Sequence record: MH051915
Direction: 5' to 3' (one strand)
DNA length: 64,000 nt
Source of the DNA: Enterobacteria phage vB_EcoM_IME339
The first letter of the stretch is position 1, and the number at the start of each line of letters is the position of its first letter. Position numbers and translations under genes: made by a program. The notes under the pieces are model-generated. The model had not been told where the DNA came from, ran no database searches, and was given only the letters and a program-made list of their open reading frames with translations. Shown in pieces: positions 1 through 9,895 of this stretch.

Positions 1-275
1 TATTGGGTAAAATTATTTGCTTTAGATTATCTTGATAAATTTAACTCAGGTTATGATTATTATATCGTTCCTGATACTCGTCAAGATCATGAAATGGATG
101 CGGCTAGGGCGATGGGTGCTACAGTAATTCATGTAGTTCGTCCTGGTCAAAAATCCAATGATACTCATATTACAGAAGCTGGATTGCCAATTCGTGATGG
201 CGATTTAGTAATTACAAACGATGGTTCTCTTGAAGAACTTTTTTCTAAAATTAAAAATACACTAAAGGTACTATA

Positions 276-276
<1 letters not shown>
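1..276 (+). CDS. 1: dNMP kinase (gp1), C-terminal part; 5' end lies outside window
   Basis: Frame-1 ORF open from window start; ends ...GATVIHVVRPGQKSNDTHITEAGLPIRDGDLVITNDGSLEELFSKIKNTLKVL; matches remembered T4 gp1 C-terminus and gene order 1-57A-57B-ipI. Confidence 0.8.
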
Positions 277-973
<697 letters not shown>

Positions 974-979
974 TTTCAC

Positions 980-1018
980 AAAGTTGTTTACACGTTGATG
1001 AGGTAGTGATACTATTAT
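980..1018 (+). promoter_or_regulatory. T4-type early promoter (GTTTACA -35, TG-extended TACTAT -10)
   Basis: atttcacaaagttGTTTACAcgttgatgaggtagTGaTACTAT upstream of ipI; same architecture recurs about 18 times in window; coordinates approximate. Confidence 0.6.
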
Positions 1019-1045
1019 CTCATCAAAATTAATTAGGAAAATAAA

Positions 1046-1333
1046 ATGAAAACTTTCAAAGAATTTACTACAAAAACTACCCCGGTTTCTACTATTACTG
1101 AAGCTACTCTTACTTCTGAAGTTATTAAAGCAAATAAAGGACGAGAAGGTAAACCAATGATTAGTCTGGTTGATGGCGAAGAAATCAAAGGTACTGTTTA
1201 CCTAGGTGATGGGTGGTCTGCTAAAAAGGATGGTGCTACAATCATTATCTCTCCTGCTGAAGAAACTGCGTTGTTTAAAGCTAAACACATTTCTGCGGCA
1301 CATCTCAAGATTATTGCTAAAAATCTTTTGTAA
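1046..1333 (+). CDS. ipI: internal protein I precursor (capsid-targeted, injected; anti-restriction in T4)
   Basis: 95 aa; N-terminal capsid targeting sequence MKTFKEFTTK... with prohead-protease-type site ...ITE/A; mature part matches remembered IPI*. Confidence 0.75.
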   Translation: MKTFKEFTTKTTPVSTITEATLTSEVIKANKGREGKPMISLVDGEEIKGTVYLGDGWSAKKDGATIIISPAEETALFKAKHISAAHLKIIAKNLL

Positions 1334-1344
1334 TAAATATTTCA

Positions 1345-1383
1345 CAAAGTTGTTTACATAGGGTTTTAGTTGTGATACTATTA
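1345..1383 (+). promoter_or_regulatory. T4-type early promoter
   Basis: tttcacaaagttGTTTACAtagggttttagttgTGaTACTAT; near-duplicate of promoter at 980; coordinates approximate. Confidence 0.6.
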
Positions 1384-1409
1384 CCCTATCAACTACCGAG
1401 GAGAATAAA

Positions 1410-1595
1410 ATGAAACGTTGTGAATTAATTAGAAATGTTGCTATTGCAATTTCTGCTTCTGCTTTTAGTTTTTCAATGTTTGTTGGATTTATATGTGGAT
1501 TATTAACTACAGCAGAAAATGTGTTTTCACTTGTAGTAGCATTTTTAATTGGTTTAATTGCTATCGTTATGGATAAAATTTCTAAAGGTGAATAG
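1410..1595 (+). CDS. small hydrophobic (2-TM) protein
   Basis: 61 aa ORF downstream of early promoter; RBS gaggagaataaaATG; hydrophobic stretches. Confidence 0.5.
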   Translation: MKRCELIRNVAIAISASAFSFSMFVGFICGLLTTAENVFSLVVAFLIGLIAIVMDKISKGE

Positions 1596-1596
1596 A

Positions 1597-1980
1597 ATGT
1601 ATAAAGTGTATGCGGATTATCAGGCTAATCCATCTGAAAAGCCAGGTTGTCAAATTGGATGGGCTCATGATACTTTGCTTGAAGCAGTAGATGCTGCTCA
1701 AAAATTAGGATATAAATATGTAGAGATTGTTCAACTACCATCAGGAAAAGTTATTACTCTTGAAGAGTTCAATAATATTAAACCAAACTTTTTACTTTTT
1801 GCAGGTGATAATTATTATCCTCGCGGTGGATATGCTGATTTAATCGCGAAAGCCGCTACCGAAGATGAACTCCGTGATATTATCAAAGAAAATGAAAACA
1901 AACCGATGTATGGTTCTAATCGCTTTGATTGGTGGCAAATCGTAAATGCCCATACTCATACTATTGTTGATGAAGGTTGA
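1597..1980 (+). CDS. hypothetical protein
   Basis: ORF in track from 1558; internal ATG at 1597 preceded by aaaggtgaatag RBS chosen as start. Confidence 0.5.
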   Translation: MYKVYADYQANPSEKPGCQIGWAHDTLLEAVDAAQKLGYKYVEIVQLPSGKVITLEEFNNIKPNFLLFAGDNYYPRGGYADLIAKAATEDELRDIIKENENKPMYGSNRFDWWQIVNAHTHTIVDEG

Positions 1981-2270
1981 TAATGATTCTTTACGCGAAA
2001 GTATCATCCATTGAAAATGGATATAAATATGATCAAGAAGCAGCTAAATCCTTGATTGATGATTATGGCATTTTAACATATTTTGAAGTTGAAAAGGTTT
2101 ACATTGACCGTTCATCTTCTCAGGTTAAATTAGTAAAGGAAGACCGTAAATTTAACACAGTTAACTTTGATTTCTTTATTGAAACAGAAAAAGGTCCTCT
2201 TGAATATGATATTTTCAAGAATCCTTTGGGTCTTGAATGCATCGTAAATATGTATCACCATAAATGGTAA
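1977..2270 (+). CDS. hypothetical protein
   Basis: 97 aa ORF; ATGA start/stop overlap with upstream gene. Confidence 0.5.
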   Translation: MIMILYAKVSSIENGYKYDQEAAKSLIDDYGILTYFEVEKVYIDRSSSQVKLVKEDRKFNTVNFDFFIETEKGPLEYDIFKNPLGLECIVNMYHHKW

Positions 2271-2367
2271 ATATGCTTTAAGAATTATTTGTTATTATTA
2301 ACTCATACCGCACTGATTAATACCCTCTATCACCAAGGGCTCTTATTTGAGAGCCTTTGTTAATAAT

Positions 2368-2440
2368 TGGGAATTAGCCAAGTTGGTAAGGCACTGGATT
2401 TTGATTCCAGGATGCAAAGGTTCGAGTCCTTTATTCCCAG
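2368..2440 (+). tRNA. tRNA-Gln (anticodon UUG)
   Basis: Cloverleaf: acceptor tgggaat/attccca, anticodon loop tTTGat, T-arm ggttcgagtcc; CCA not encoded. Confidence 0.85.
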
Positions 2441-2441
2441 C

Positions 2442-2528
2442 GCGAGAATGGTCAAATTGGTAAAGGCACAGCACTTAAAATGCTGCGGAATGATTTCCTT
2501 GTGGGTTCGAGTCCCACTTCTCGCACCA
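2442..2528 (+). tRNA. tRNA-Leu (anticodon UAA), long variable arm
   Basis: Acceptor gcgagaa/ttctcgc perfect 7 bp, anticodon loop cTTAAaa, T-arm gggttcgagtccc, encoded CCA. Confidence 0.85.
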
Positions 2529-2533
2529 AATTT

Positions 2534-2607
<74 letters not shown>

Positions 2608-2617
2608 ATTTAATTTA

Positions 2618-2691
2618 CTCCGTGTAGCTCAGTTTGGTAGAGCGCCTGATTTGGGATCAGGAGGTCCAAGGTTCAAATCCTTGTATGGAGA
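2618..2691 (+). tRNA. tRNA-Pro (anticodon UGG)
   Basis: Anticodon stem cctga/tcagg with loop tTTGGGa, T-arm caaggttcaaatccttg; acceptor with two G-U pairs. Confidence 0.8.
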
Positions 2692-2693
2692 CT

Positions 2694-2783
2694 GGAGGCG
2701 TGGCAGAGTGGTTTAATGCACCGGTCTTGAAAACCGGCAGTCGCTCCGGCGACTCATAGGTTCAAATCCTATCGCCTCCGCCA
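2694..2783 (+). tRNA. tRNA-Ser (anticodon UGA), long variable arm
   Basis: Acceptor ggaggcg/cgcctcc, anticodon stem accgg/ccggt loop cTTGAaa, T-arm ataggttcaaatcctat, encoded CCA. Confidence 0.85.
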
Positions 2784-2788
2784 GTTTT

Positions 2789-2864
2789 GCTGATTTAGCT
2801 CAGTAGGTAGAGCAACTCACTTGTAATGAGAAGGTCGGCGGTTCGATTCCGTCAATCAGCACCA
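2789..2864 (+). tRNA. tRNA-Thr (anticodon UGU)
   Basis: Acceptor gctgatt/aatcagc, anticodon loop cTTGTaa, T-arm ggcggttcgattccgtc, encoded CCA. Confidence 0.85.
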
Positions 2865-2865
2865 A

Positions 2866-2940
2866 GGCCCTGTAGCTGGAAGGTTCAAGCAAGCGACTCA
2901 TAATCGCCAGATGGTGGTTCAATTCCACCCAGGGCCACCA
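2866..2940 (+). tRNA. tRNA-Ile (anticodon CAU, T4-type AUA reader; software may call it tRNA-Met)
   Basis: Acceptor ggccctg/cagggcc, anticodon loop cTCATaa, T-arm ggtggttcaattccacc, encoded CCA. Confidence 0.8.
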
Positions 2941-3045
2941 AATTAAGAATTAAGGGGAGTTATCCCGTAGAGGTAGCGGTGTGGACTGTAAATTCATTGT
3001 CATTGCGACTCGGGTGGTTCGACTCCCATCGGTCCCCCCCAATTA
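2941..3045 (+). ncRNA. candidate small stable RNA or degenerate tRNA-like element between tRNA-Ile and tRNA-Arg
   Basis: 105 nt spacer with T-arm-like gggtggttcgactccca and C-run, but no canonical cloverleaf could be drawn. Confidence 0.3.
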
Positions 3046-3121
3046 CGGGGCATAGCTCAGAAGGAAGAGCAAGGACCTTCTAAGTCCTAGGTCGTAGGTT
3101 CGATCCCTACTGCCTCGACCA
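3046..3121 (+). tRNA. tRNA-Arg (anticodon UCU)
   Basis: Acceptor cggggca/tgcctcg, anticodon stem aggac/gtcct loop cTTCTaa, T-arm gtaggttcgatccctac, encoded CCA. Confidence 0.85.
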
Positions 3122-3137
3122 ATTAAGTGAGGAAAAT

Positions 3138-3488
3138 ATGAAAGGTAATGTTTATTTAGTAGTTCATGATTTAACATTTTATTTTAATCACAATGACACT
3201 GTTATTTCTGAACGTGTAATTAATTTGCTTTATCAACATGCGGATTATGTTTATGTCGAAAACGAATATGGTCATTGGCAATTTCTCAAAAATCGTTCAT
3301 TTGGCTTAGATGGTTACGAATACTTTGAACGTAAAGACCTTTTAGATAAAATTTCGTTATCTACGCAATATCAAAATCACAAGTCTTTACACAAATGCCG
3401 ACTAATTCGAAATGCTGAATCTGCGTATGAAGCAATTGATTTATGGCGTAAACGCCGTGAACAGATTGATGCTTTAAAAGAATATTAA
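3138..3488 (+). CDS. hypothetical protein
   Basis: 116 aa ORF with gtgaggaaaatATG RBS immediately after tRNA-Arg. Confidence 0.5.
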   Translation: MKGNVYLVVHDLTFYFNHNDTVISERVINLLYQHADYVYVENEYGHWQFLKNRSFGLDGYEYFERKDLLDKISLSTQYQNHKSLHKCRLIRNAESAYEAIDLWRKRREQIDALKEY

Positions 3489-3489
3489 G

Positions 3490-3800
3490 AAACCGGGTCG
3501 CTACCGGTAAGTCGTCGGACTGATGTTCCCTGGGTAAGGACTGGCATTAACAAATCTTTACGATCTGTTAATGTCCCCTTACATCACAGCAGAAACGGCG
3601 CACAGAATTATCGATTCGAGGAAATATCTTTGCCGTAAGCCGAGTAGCGTTTTTGACGGAACGTTCGGATATGGTCGAGATATGGCCTTTTAAAAATATT
3701 GAGTAGCGTCAACTGCTTAATAACCGGGTTCGAATCCCGGCGTTTCGTACAAACACTTGCCTTAGCAGGTGGAACCCCGACAAGGTTGCCGCAAGGCTTA
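3490..3800 (+). ncRNA. candidate structured small RNA(s), analogous to T4 species 1/2 RNAs of the tRNA region
   Basis: About 310 bp without a credible ORF, relatively GC-rich, repeated gagtagcgt, tRNA-like T-arm aaccgggttcgaatcccgg, followed by terminator. Confidence 0.4.
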
Positions 3801-3829
3801 GCCCCGACCGAAAGGTTGGGGCTTTTTAG
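3800..3829 (+). terminator. intrinsic terminator hairpin
   Basis: agccccgaccgaaaggttggggc followed by ttttt. Confidence 0.6.
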
Positions 3830-3837
3830 TATAAATA
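3830..3837 (+). promoter_or_regulatory. T4 late promoter TATAAATA
   Basis: Exact TATAAATA about 40 bp upstream of the internal-protein-like gene at 3878. Confidence 0.55.
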
Positions 3838-3877
3838 TAGTAGTATATTAAATCCACGAATTAAAACAGGAAATAAG

Positions 3878-4351
3878 ATGAAATCATATGCTCAATTTTT
3901 AAATGAAGCGGTGTTAAATGAAGCATCTAGCACCGAAATTCAAGCTGTCGCAAAAGCAGCCATTGCAGCGGGTAAATATTCCTATAAAGATGCTTCTGAC
4001 GAATCACGATTCCAATTTGCTCGCGACATGAAAGCAGAAGGATTTACGGGAAATGCAGTTAGTATGGCCTGGAAAAGTTTAGTTGCTACTGGCGCTGCTT
4101 TTGCAAAGGCTTCGGGTAAACCTGCTCCTAAAGCAGATCCTAAAGCTGCACAAGAAAAAAATATCGTTAAAGGAATTATCTCTAAATATGAAGCTATCCT
4201 TAAAGAGCTTTTAGTAATCAAAACCGAAGGCCAAAAGCTAGCCCGTGCTTATAGTTTCAAAGATAATCCGCATGTTCACTCTCTTGAGTATGTTGAAGAC
4301 ATCCAAAAAATTATTAAAGACCGCATTTGGTCTGCTAAACAAATCAAATAA
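3878..4351 (+). CDS. internal-protein-like capsid-targeted protein (IP family)
   Basis: 157 aa; N-terminus MKSYAQFLNEAVLNEA resembles T4 capsid targeting sequence with LNE/A-type cleavage sites; Ala/Lys-rich body; late promoter upstream. Confidence 0.65.
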   Translation: MKSYAQFLNEAVLNEASSTEIQAVAKAAIAAGKYSYKDASDESRFQFARDMKAEGFTGNAVSMAWKSLVATGAAFAKASGKPAPKADPKAAQEKNIVKGIISKYEAILKELLVIKTEGQKLARAYSFKDNPHVHSLEYVEDIQKIIKDRIWSAKQIK

Positions 4352-4360
4352 CATTCTTAA

Positions 4361-4386
4361 CCCCAGCCGAAAGGTTGGGGCTTTTT
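4361..4386 (+). terminator. intrinsic terminator hairpin
   Basis: ccccagccgaaaggttgggg + ctttttgg. Confidence 0.65.
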
Positions 4387-4509
4387 GGTATCTAGGCCTT
4401 TCTGGACCTCTCTAGTCATCATTTGGTTTATACCCTTTATAATATATTATCCTATCTTTTAATTGCCCCTCCCTGCCCTAGAATTCCCTAAAACTTTTTA
4501 AAAAATTTT

Positions 4510-4552
4510 TCACAAAACGGTTTACATCTCTGTTCTTCCATGGTACTATACA
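4510..4552 (+). promoter_or_regulatory. T4-type early promoter within a repeated promoter-leader cassette
   Basis: ttttcacaaaacgGTTTACAtctctgttcttccaTGgTACTAT. Confidence 0.6.
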
Positions 4553-4592
4553 ACTATCAACTACTGATACAGAAAACAACTTGGAGAATGAA
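4538..4592 (+). repeat. conserved promoter-leader cassette (PeSL-like), copy 1
   Basis: tggtactatacaactatcaactactgatacag...ttggagaatgaaATG; near-identical copies at about 19695, 21135 and 45905. Confidence 0.6.
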
Positions 4593-4856
4593 ATGGATAA
4601 TTACGGCGAACTGTTCAACTTCTTTATGAAATGCGTTTCAGAAGATTTCGGTCGTACAGTGAATGATATTAAAGTTATCGGTCCTGATCATCCGATGTTT
4701 GAAACTTACGCAGTAATGGGTAATGAAGATGGTCAGTGGTATACTGTAAAGGTTGTGATTAACATGTTTACAGCAGAAGGTTATGTTAAACTGTCTTCTA
4801 AAGTTTACCACGATAACGACGAAATCGCAGAAGAATATTTCAATAATATGAAATAA
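4593..4856 (+). CDS. hypothetical protein
   Basis: ORF track starts at in-frame TTG 4581; ATG 4593 with GGAG RBS 6 nt upstream chosen. Confidence 0.5.
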   Translation: MDNYGELFNFFMKCVSEDFGRTVNDIKVIGPDHPMFETYAVMGNEDGQWYTVKVVINMFTAEGYVKLSSKVYHDNDEIAEEYFNNMK

Positions 4857-4911
4857 GTTTACACAGGCTCATGATTGAGATATTATGAGCCTGTAACTTG
4901 AGGAGAACATA

Positions 4912-5310
4912 ATGAATATTGAAGATAAAGAAATGCGAGAGTTATATAATTCATTAACACCCGAACAACAAAAAGCTGCCAAAGAATTAGAGAAAGCTCT
5001 TAGTTTAAGCTTGACAAAAACTGATTGGGCCGCCGTGTATGAAGAAAAAATGAGGTCTGAAAATGAAGCTATCGAGAGAAATGAATGGATTGTAAACACC
5101 AAGATTAGTTCTGATGGCTGCTCTGTTGAGGTGTCAGCTGTAGTTAAAGGTACTCATGGCGAAGAATCATGGGGCTGGCATAATGAGGCAAACAAATATA
5201 TTGTTCTCTCAACGTCAAAAACTTATGGTCAAAAGGTTCCTGTATCCAAAGCTATTATTAAGCAAGCTCAATGGGAAGCCAATGAAATCTGTCTCGCAAA
5301 AATGAAATAA
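4912..5310 (+). CDS. hypothetical protein
   Basis: 132 aa ORF with gaggagaacataATG RBS. Confidence 0.5.
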   Translation: MNIEDKEMRELYNSLTPEQQKAAKELEKALSLSLTKTDWAAVYEEKMRSENEAIERNEWIVNTKISSDGCSVEVSAVVKGTHGEESWGWHNEANKYIVLSTSKTYGQKVPVSKAIIKQAQWEANEICLAKMK

Positions 5311-5384
5311 CATGTTTACATTTCTCAAATAACAGGATATAATTCTACACGGATTTTAAATCTTAATCAACCTAAGGAAATATT

Positions 5385-5978
5385 ATGAACACACTGAAGA
5401 AAATTGTTGAGTTTATTCGCACTAAACTTGGTTCTGCTATGGCTAAAAATCTATCTGTCGAAGAACAGTATACTGCTGCAGCAGCAAAACTACTTGATAA
5501 AATTAAAGATCTAAAAACTGCTTCTGTTAAATCTATTAATGAAGAAAAACGTATTCGTGAACTTATTGTCGAAAAGAATCGACAGGCTGAATCAAAAGAG
5601 CGTGAAATTCGTAAACTTCTTTCCGAAGGTCAAGATGTAACAATGCACGCTAAACTCGGCTTGCTATATCGTCGAACGGCTGAGCAGTTGACTACTAAGG
5701 CTGACGGTTATGCTGAAATGCGAATTGAAATCGCTAAGAAAGTAGTTGAGTTAGATGATGCTCGTCAAGAACTTGCAGTTAAATTGGAATATATCCGTGA
5801 AACTCGTGCAGCAAATGCCCTTGGAATTAGTACTGCAGATGATGTAGTTGAAATCGCAGCGCTGACTAAGGTTGATATTGAAGATACCCTTGCTCGAGTT
5901 GAAACCTTTAACGGTAATATTTCCGGGGTTGAAACTACCTCTGCCGATGTCCAGGAATATATTAATTCTCTGAAATAA
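5385..5978 (+). CDS. coiled-coil protein with weak PspA/IM30-like character
   Basis: 197 aa; N-terminal amphipathic segment then long heptad-like K/E/R-rich helices; resemblance to PspA is by eye only. Confidence 0.5.
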   Translation: MNTLKKIVEFIRTKLGSAMAKNLSVEEQYTAAAAKLLDKIKDLKTASVKSINEEKRIRELIVEKNRQAESKEREIRKLLSEGQDVTMHAKLGLLYRRTAEQLTTKADGYAEMRIEIAKKVVELDDARQELAVKLEYIRETRAANALGISTADDVVEIAALTKVDIEDTLARVETFNGNISGVETTSADVQEYINSLK

Positions 5979-5982
5979 TGAT

Positions 5983-6000
5983 AAGGGGCTTCGGCCCCTA
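5983..6000 (+). terminator. UUCG-tetraloop hairpin (terminator or RNA-stability element)
   Basis: aaggggcttcggcccct; no long T-run. Confidence 0.45.
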
Positions 6001-6019
6001 TTACTTGGAGTAAATAGGA

Positions 6020-6625
6020 ATGAAAATGCAAAGTGATTTCAATTCAATGTTTGAAGAGTTCCAAAGACAGGTTGATGTTCCAGACCAATTACTAAATGCT
6101 CTTAAACGTATGGCAGAAGGACGTAATTATTATTGGGGGTCTTCATATGAAACTGATGAAAGTCTTTCTGGATTTTATAAAGGTAAAAAGTCTTTAATAC
6201 GTCCTGGAATACTTATTAAAAGTATTGAATCAATTCATTCATTGACATGTGATTTTGATGTTGAATTTACTGATTTCATTTCTCCTGAATGGACAGTTTG
6301 TTATTTAAATGACGATTATGATTATCTTGGCGTTTATAGTTTAAGTGACGCATGGTTTAAACGTAATTTACAAAAGTCAAATTTGTTCTATATTGATACT
6401 ACGGTAAAATTTCAGGGAAAGAAATATTTCTTTACTCTTATAGTTGATTCTGAAACAAAGCATGAAAATAAACGTATTCTTAGCAAAAAGAATATCTTAA
6501 CTATTGTTGATGATCTTTTTGATAAATTCGTGGAAAATCCTAATTTTGAAAGCGATTTATTATTAGAAAAATTTGTTAAGGAATGTAGAGAATATGTCAA
6601 AGCCATCACTATACCTTCCAAGTAA
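6020..6625 (+). CDS. hypothetical protein; C-terminus carries ..FVKECREY.. motif shared with next three genes
   Basis: 201 aa ORF; start could alternatively be ATG 6026. Confidence 0.5.
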   Translation: MKMQSDFNSMFEEFQRQVDVPDQLLNALKRMAEGRNYYWGSSYETDESLSGFYKGKKSLIRPGILIKSIESIHSLTCDFDVEFTDFISPEWTVCYLNDDYDYLGVYSLSDAWFKRNLQKSNLFYIDTTVKFQGKKYFFTLIVDSETKHENKRILSKKNILTIVDDLFDKFVENPNFESDLLLEKFVKECREYVKAITIPSK

Positions 6626-6986
6626 ACCTGTGAAGTATGAATTAAAGCGCCAGCTAATTTCTACTGATGTATTAATAGGTCCTGTTATACTCATATCATT
6701 TGTAATTCTATTGATTATTGGAGGTGTTTTAGATGTTATGACTGATATTGATTCTGGCGAAATACTTGTGTTAATGCTAATTCTTCCATTAATAGTTCCA
6801 CTTTTATTAGTACCTGTAAATTGGATAGGATATTGGTATCAAGGAAGACATTATCGTAAACGTGTACGTGATTGGAAAGCACAGTGTAAAAAGATTAAAA
6901 AGGAACACCAGCTTAAACTTGTTGAGTATGAATTTAATGAAATTATGAAATTTGTTAAGGAATCACGATGCAAAAGCCAAAACTAA
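6594..6986 (+). CDS. membrane protein, tandem paralog family member 1
   Basis: ORF track 6573; ATG 6594 chosen; hydrophobic helices; C-terminal ...IMKFVKESRCK. Confidence 0.5.
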   Translation: MSKPSLYLPSKPVKYELKRQLISTDVLIGPVILISFVILLIIGGVLDVMTDIDSGEILVLMLILPLIVPLLLVPVNWIGYWYQGRHYRKRVRDWKAQCKKIKKEHQLKLVEYEFNEIMKFVKESRCKSQN

Positions 6987-7330
6987 ATAAAGTCAAATAT
7001 TCGTTCCCCGAGGCACTATTAATTCTTGCCGTGTCAGTATTTGCAGCTCTTGCTGGTAGTCTTATTGGATTGTTAATTGACTGTATTATTTTAAACATCG
7101 ATGGTTCAGCAATTATAACAGAGGTTTGGAGTGAACTTCGTTTTACTATAGCGATTACATTATTTTCATTCTTTGGTACCATGCTATATTTTCATTATGA
7201 TAATTTTAAAATAAATTGGCAAAGAAAAAAGGATTACAAAATACAATTAAAAGAATATAATAGCTACATGTCTTATATTGAAAATGAATCAATGAAAGAG
7301 TTTGTGAGTGATTGCAGGAAAATCAAATGA
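6968..7330 (+). CDS. membrane protein, tandem paralog family member 2
   Basis: 120 aa; hydrophobic helices; C-terminal ...MKEFVSDCRKIK; start overlaps upstream gene end. Confidence 0.5.
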   Translation: MQKPKLNKVKYSFPEALLILAVSVFAALAGSLIGLLIDCIILNIDGSAIITEVWSELRFTIAITLFSFFGTMLYFHYDNFKINWQRKKDYKIQLKEYNSYMSYIENESMKEFVSDCRKIK

Positions 7331-7815
7331 TTTTAAAAACTCGCTGGTATGATTTAGATGACGGGGATGATGGCATTTCAGTTGATAGAGTTGACTGGAA
7401 TGGCTGTTCCGAAGATATGAAAAATTTGCTGATTAGGGAGTTTAGAATGGGATATCAACCAGTTAAGCCATCTACTGCAACAGATGATAAATTCGTGTGT
7501 ATTCATAATGGTCGCGCTAAATTAACGAACGCTGATTGGTTCACAGATAAGATTATGATTCTGTGGTATATTATTAGTTTTCCTGTGACATCATTTGTAT
7601 TTTGCTTCTTTGGAGAAAGTCCAGTAGGCAGAACGGAAGATTGGATTCTTTTAATTATACTTGTTAATATTTTTACAGCAGCAGTACTATCAGGAATATG
7701 GTGCGTGTTCATTGAAATGCCATGGCGGTTACGTAGGCAGCAAAAGATTTTTGATGAAAAGAAATATACTCAAAATTTAAATAATTTTATCACTGAATGC
7801 AGGAAATTAAAATGA
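7327..7815 (+). CDS. membrane protein, tandem paralog family member 3
   Basis: ORF track 7312; ATG 7327 overlaps upstream stop (ATGA); C-terminal ...NNFITECRKLK. Confidence 0.5.
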   Translation: MILKTRWYDLDDGDDGISVDRVDWNGCSEDMKNLLIREFRMGYQPVKPSTATDDKFVCIHNGRAKLTNADWFTDKIMILWYIISFPVTSFVFCFFGESPVGRTEDWILLIILVNIFTAAVLSGIWCVFIEMPWRLRRQQKIFDEKKYTQNLNNFITECRKLK

Positions 7816-8252
7816 AAACATTATCAGCTGGTATTATCTTTATGACAGAAGATAAAGATTTATTTATGGGACGAGTTACTGGTTCTCGTAAGCCTGGAAT
7901 GATGGCACATCGTTGGGATATTCCAAAGGGGCGTGTAGAAAGTTCTGATTTGAATGCACTGGAAGCTGCAAAAAGAGAATGTTTAGAAGAGACTGGCTTT
8001 AGTAATTATAATCCAGACCTTCTAGAAGACCTAGGTGTATTTAAATATTCTAGTAATAAAGACTTACAGTTGTTTTATTATACGATTCCAGTAGAGCATG
8101 AGATGTTTAGAAATTGCCATTGTGAGTCTTATTTTGAAAATAAAGATGGCGTTATGATTCCAGAGATGGATGCTTTTGCTCTTATTCCTCGTACTCAGTG
8201 GCAATATGTGATGGCTCCTTCACTTTACCGAATAATGAACAGCCTCTTTTAA
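7812..8252 (+). CDS. nudE: Nudix hydrolase NudE
   Basis: Nudix box GRVESSDLNALEAAKRECLEETGF; lies immediately upstream of e as in T4; start ATG 7812 overlapping upstream stop. Confidence 0.8.
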   Translation: MKTLSAGIIFMTEDKDLFMGRVTGSRKPGMMAHRWDIPKGRVESSDLNALEAAKRECLEETGFSNYNPDLLEDLGVFKYSSNKDLQLFYYTIPVEHEMFRNCHCESYFENKDGVMIPEMDAFALIPRTQWQYVMAPSLYRIMNSLF

Positions 8253-8783
<531 letters not shown>

Positions 8784-8784
8784 A

Positions 8785-8818
8785 GTTGTTTACTTTCTCC
8801 TAGAATTGTGATAGTATA
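8785..8818 (+). promoter_or_regulatory. T4-type early promoter upstream of denV
   Basis: aaagttGTTTACtttctcctagaattgtgaTAGTAT. Confidence 0.5.
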
Positions 8819-8842
8819 TTCACAGTTACTTGGAGGGATAAA

Positions 8843-9259
8843 ATGACTCGTATTAATTTGACTTTAGTATCTGAACTTGCTGATCAACATTTAATCGCAG
8901 AATACCGTGAACTGCCGCGTGTTTTTGGTATAGTTCGTAAACATGTTGCAAATGGTAAACGGGTTAAAGATTTTAAAATATCTTCCGAGTTTATTTTAGG
9001 TTCTGGTCATGTTACGTTCTTTTATGATAAGTTAGAATTTTTGCGAAAGCGTCAATCAGACATTATAACGGAATGCTTAAAACGTGGGTTTAGTATAAAA
9101 GATACTGAAGTTCCTGACATCAGCGATATTCCAGCAGAATGGAAAAATGATTATAATCCATGCAAATCAGCTATTAAGTTGAGTCAACAACGACTCGATG
9201 AAAAAATTTTAATGAAGCCACACTGGTATAAATACTACGGTAAAAATATTTACATTTAA
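8843..9259 (+). CDS. denV: endonuclease V (pyrimidine dimer DNA glycosylase/AP lyase)
   Basis: 138 aa [29 protein letters not shown]...; matches remembered T4 endo V. Confidence 0.95.
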   Translation: MTRINLTLVSELADQHLIAEYRELPRVFGIVRKHVANGKRVKDFKISSEFILGSGHVTFFYDKLEFLRKRQSDIITECLKRGFSIKDTEVPDISDIPAEWKNDYNPCKSAIKLSQQRLDEKILMKPHWYKYYGKNIYI

Positions 9260-9268
9260 AGGAAACAC

Positions 9269-9742
9269 ATGAAAACATATCAAGAATTTATCACTGAAGC
9301 AGCTATTAATTCTCAAATTATTGCTGAATCTTTTACTGATCTTTTGAAATTTAAAAAAGGTCAAAAAATCACTGCTGTATTGGATGATGGTACAGAAGTT
9401 GAGATGGATGTACAGGGATATAATTATGCAGTAGATGGAAAACTGTATAATAAATCTCACGCTAAATTTGATTCATTTGACGACTTTGTTAATACAGTTG
9501 AAGATGAAAAAACTCGTAGATCAATTTCAACTGGCGATGCTAAGGTTCTTATGGCGCACGGCCATGAACGTATCCGCGCCAAACAGAATAAAATGGGTGA
9601 AGATAATTTTGCATTAGTTGGTTATCAATCTGGTAAGCAAACTTATGGCTATCAGCGTACTGCTACCATGTATAACAAAAATGGTAAAATCGCTTTCGTG
9701 AATAGCAAAGGCTCTATTCAGTACGTCAAATCATTCAAATAA
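9269..9742 (+). CDS. internal-protein-like capsid-targeted protein (IP family), at the ipII/ipIII position
   Basis: 157 aa; N-terminal MKTYQEFITEAAINSQIIAE capsid targeting sequence; body unlike T4 IPII/IPIII by recall. Confidence 0.65.
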   Translation: MKTYQEFITEAAINSQIIAESFTDLLKFKKGQKITAVLDDGTEVEMDVQGYNYAVDGKLYNKSHAKFDSFDDFVNTVEDEKTRRSISTGDAKVLMAHGHERIRAKQNKMGEDNFALVGYQSGKQTYGYQRTATMYNKNGKIAFVNSKGSIQYVKSFK

Positions 9743-9895
9743 GCAAATAAGAAATATGGGAACAAGCTGGACCTCATGATTCTATGAGGGATTCCCGCCA
9801 ACCTGTAATAAGGTCGAGCCTGAGTGCGGTAATGGGTAAATACAGAAATGGACAATTCATGCGCCATGGAATGGCCCAAATTTAGAGAGAATAAA

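Noticed and set aside
2941-3045. Possible ninth tRNA between tRNA-Ile and tRNA-Arg
   Set aside because: T-arm-like segment present but no acceptable acceptor/anticodon stems could be drawn; kept only as a low-confidence ncRNA candidate
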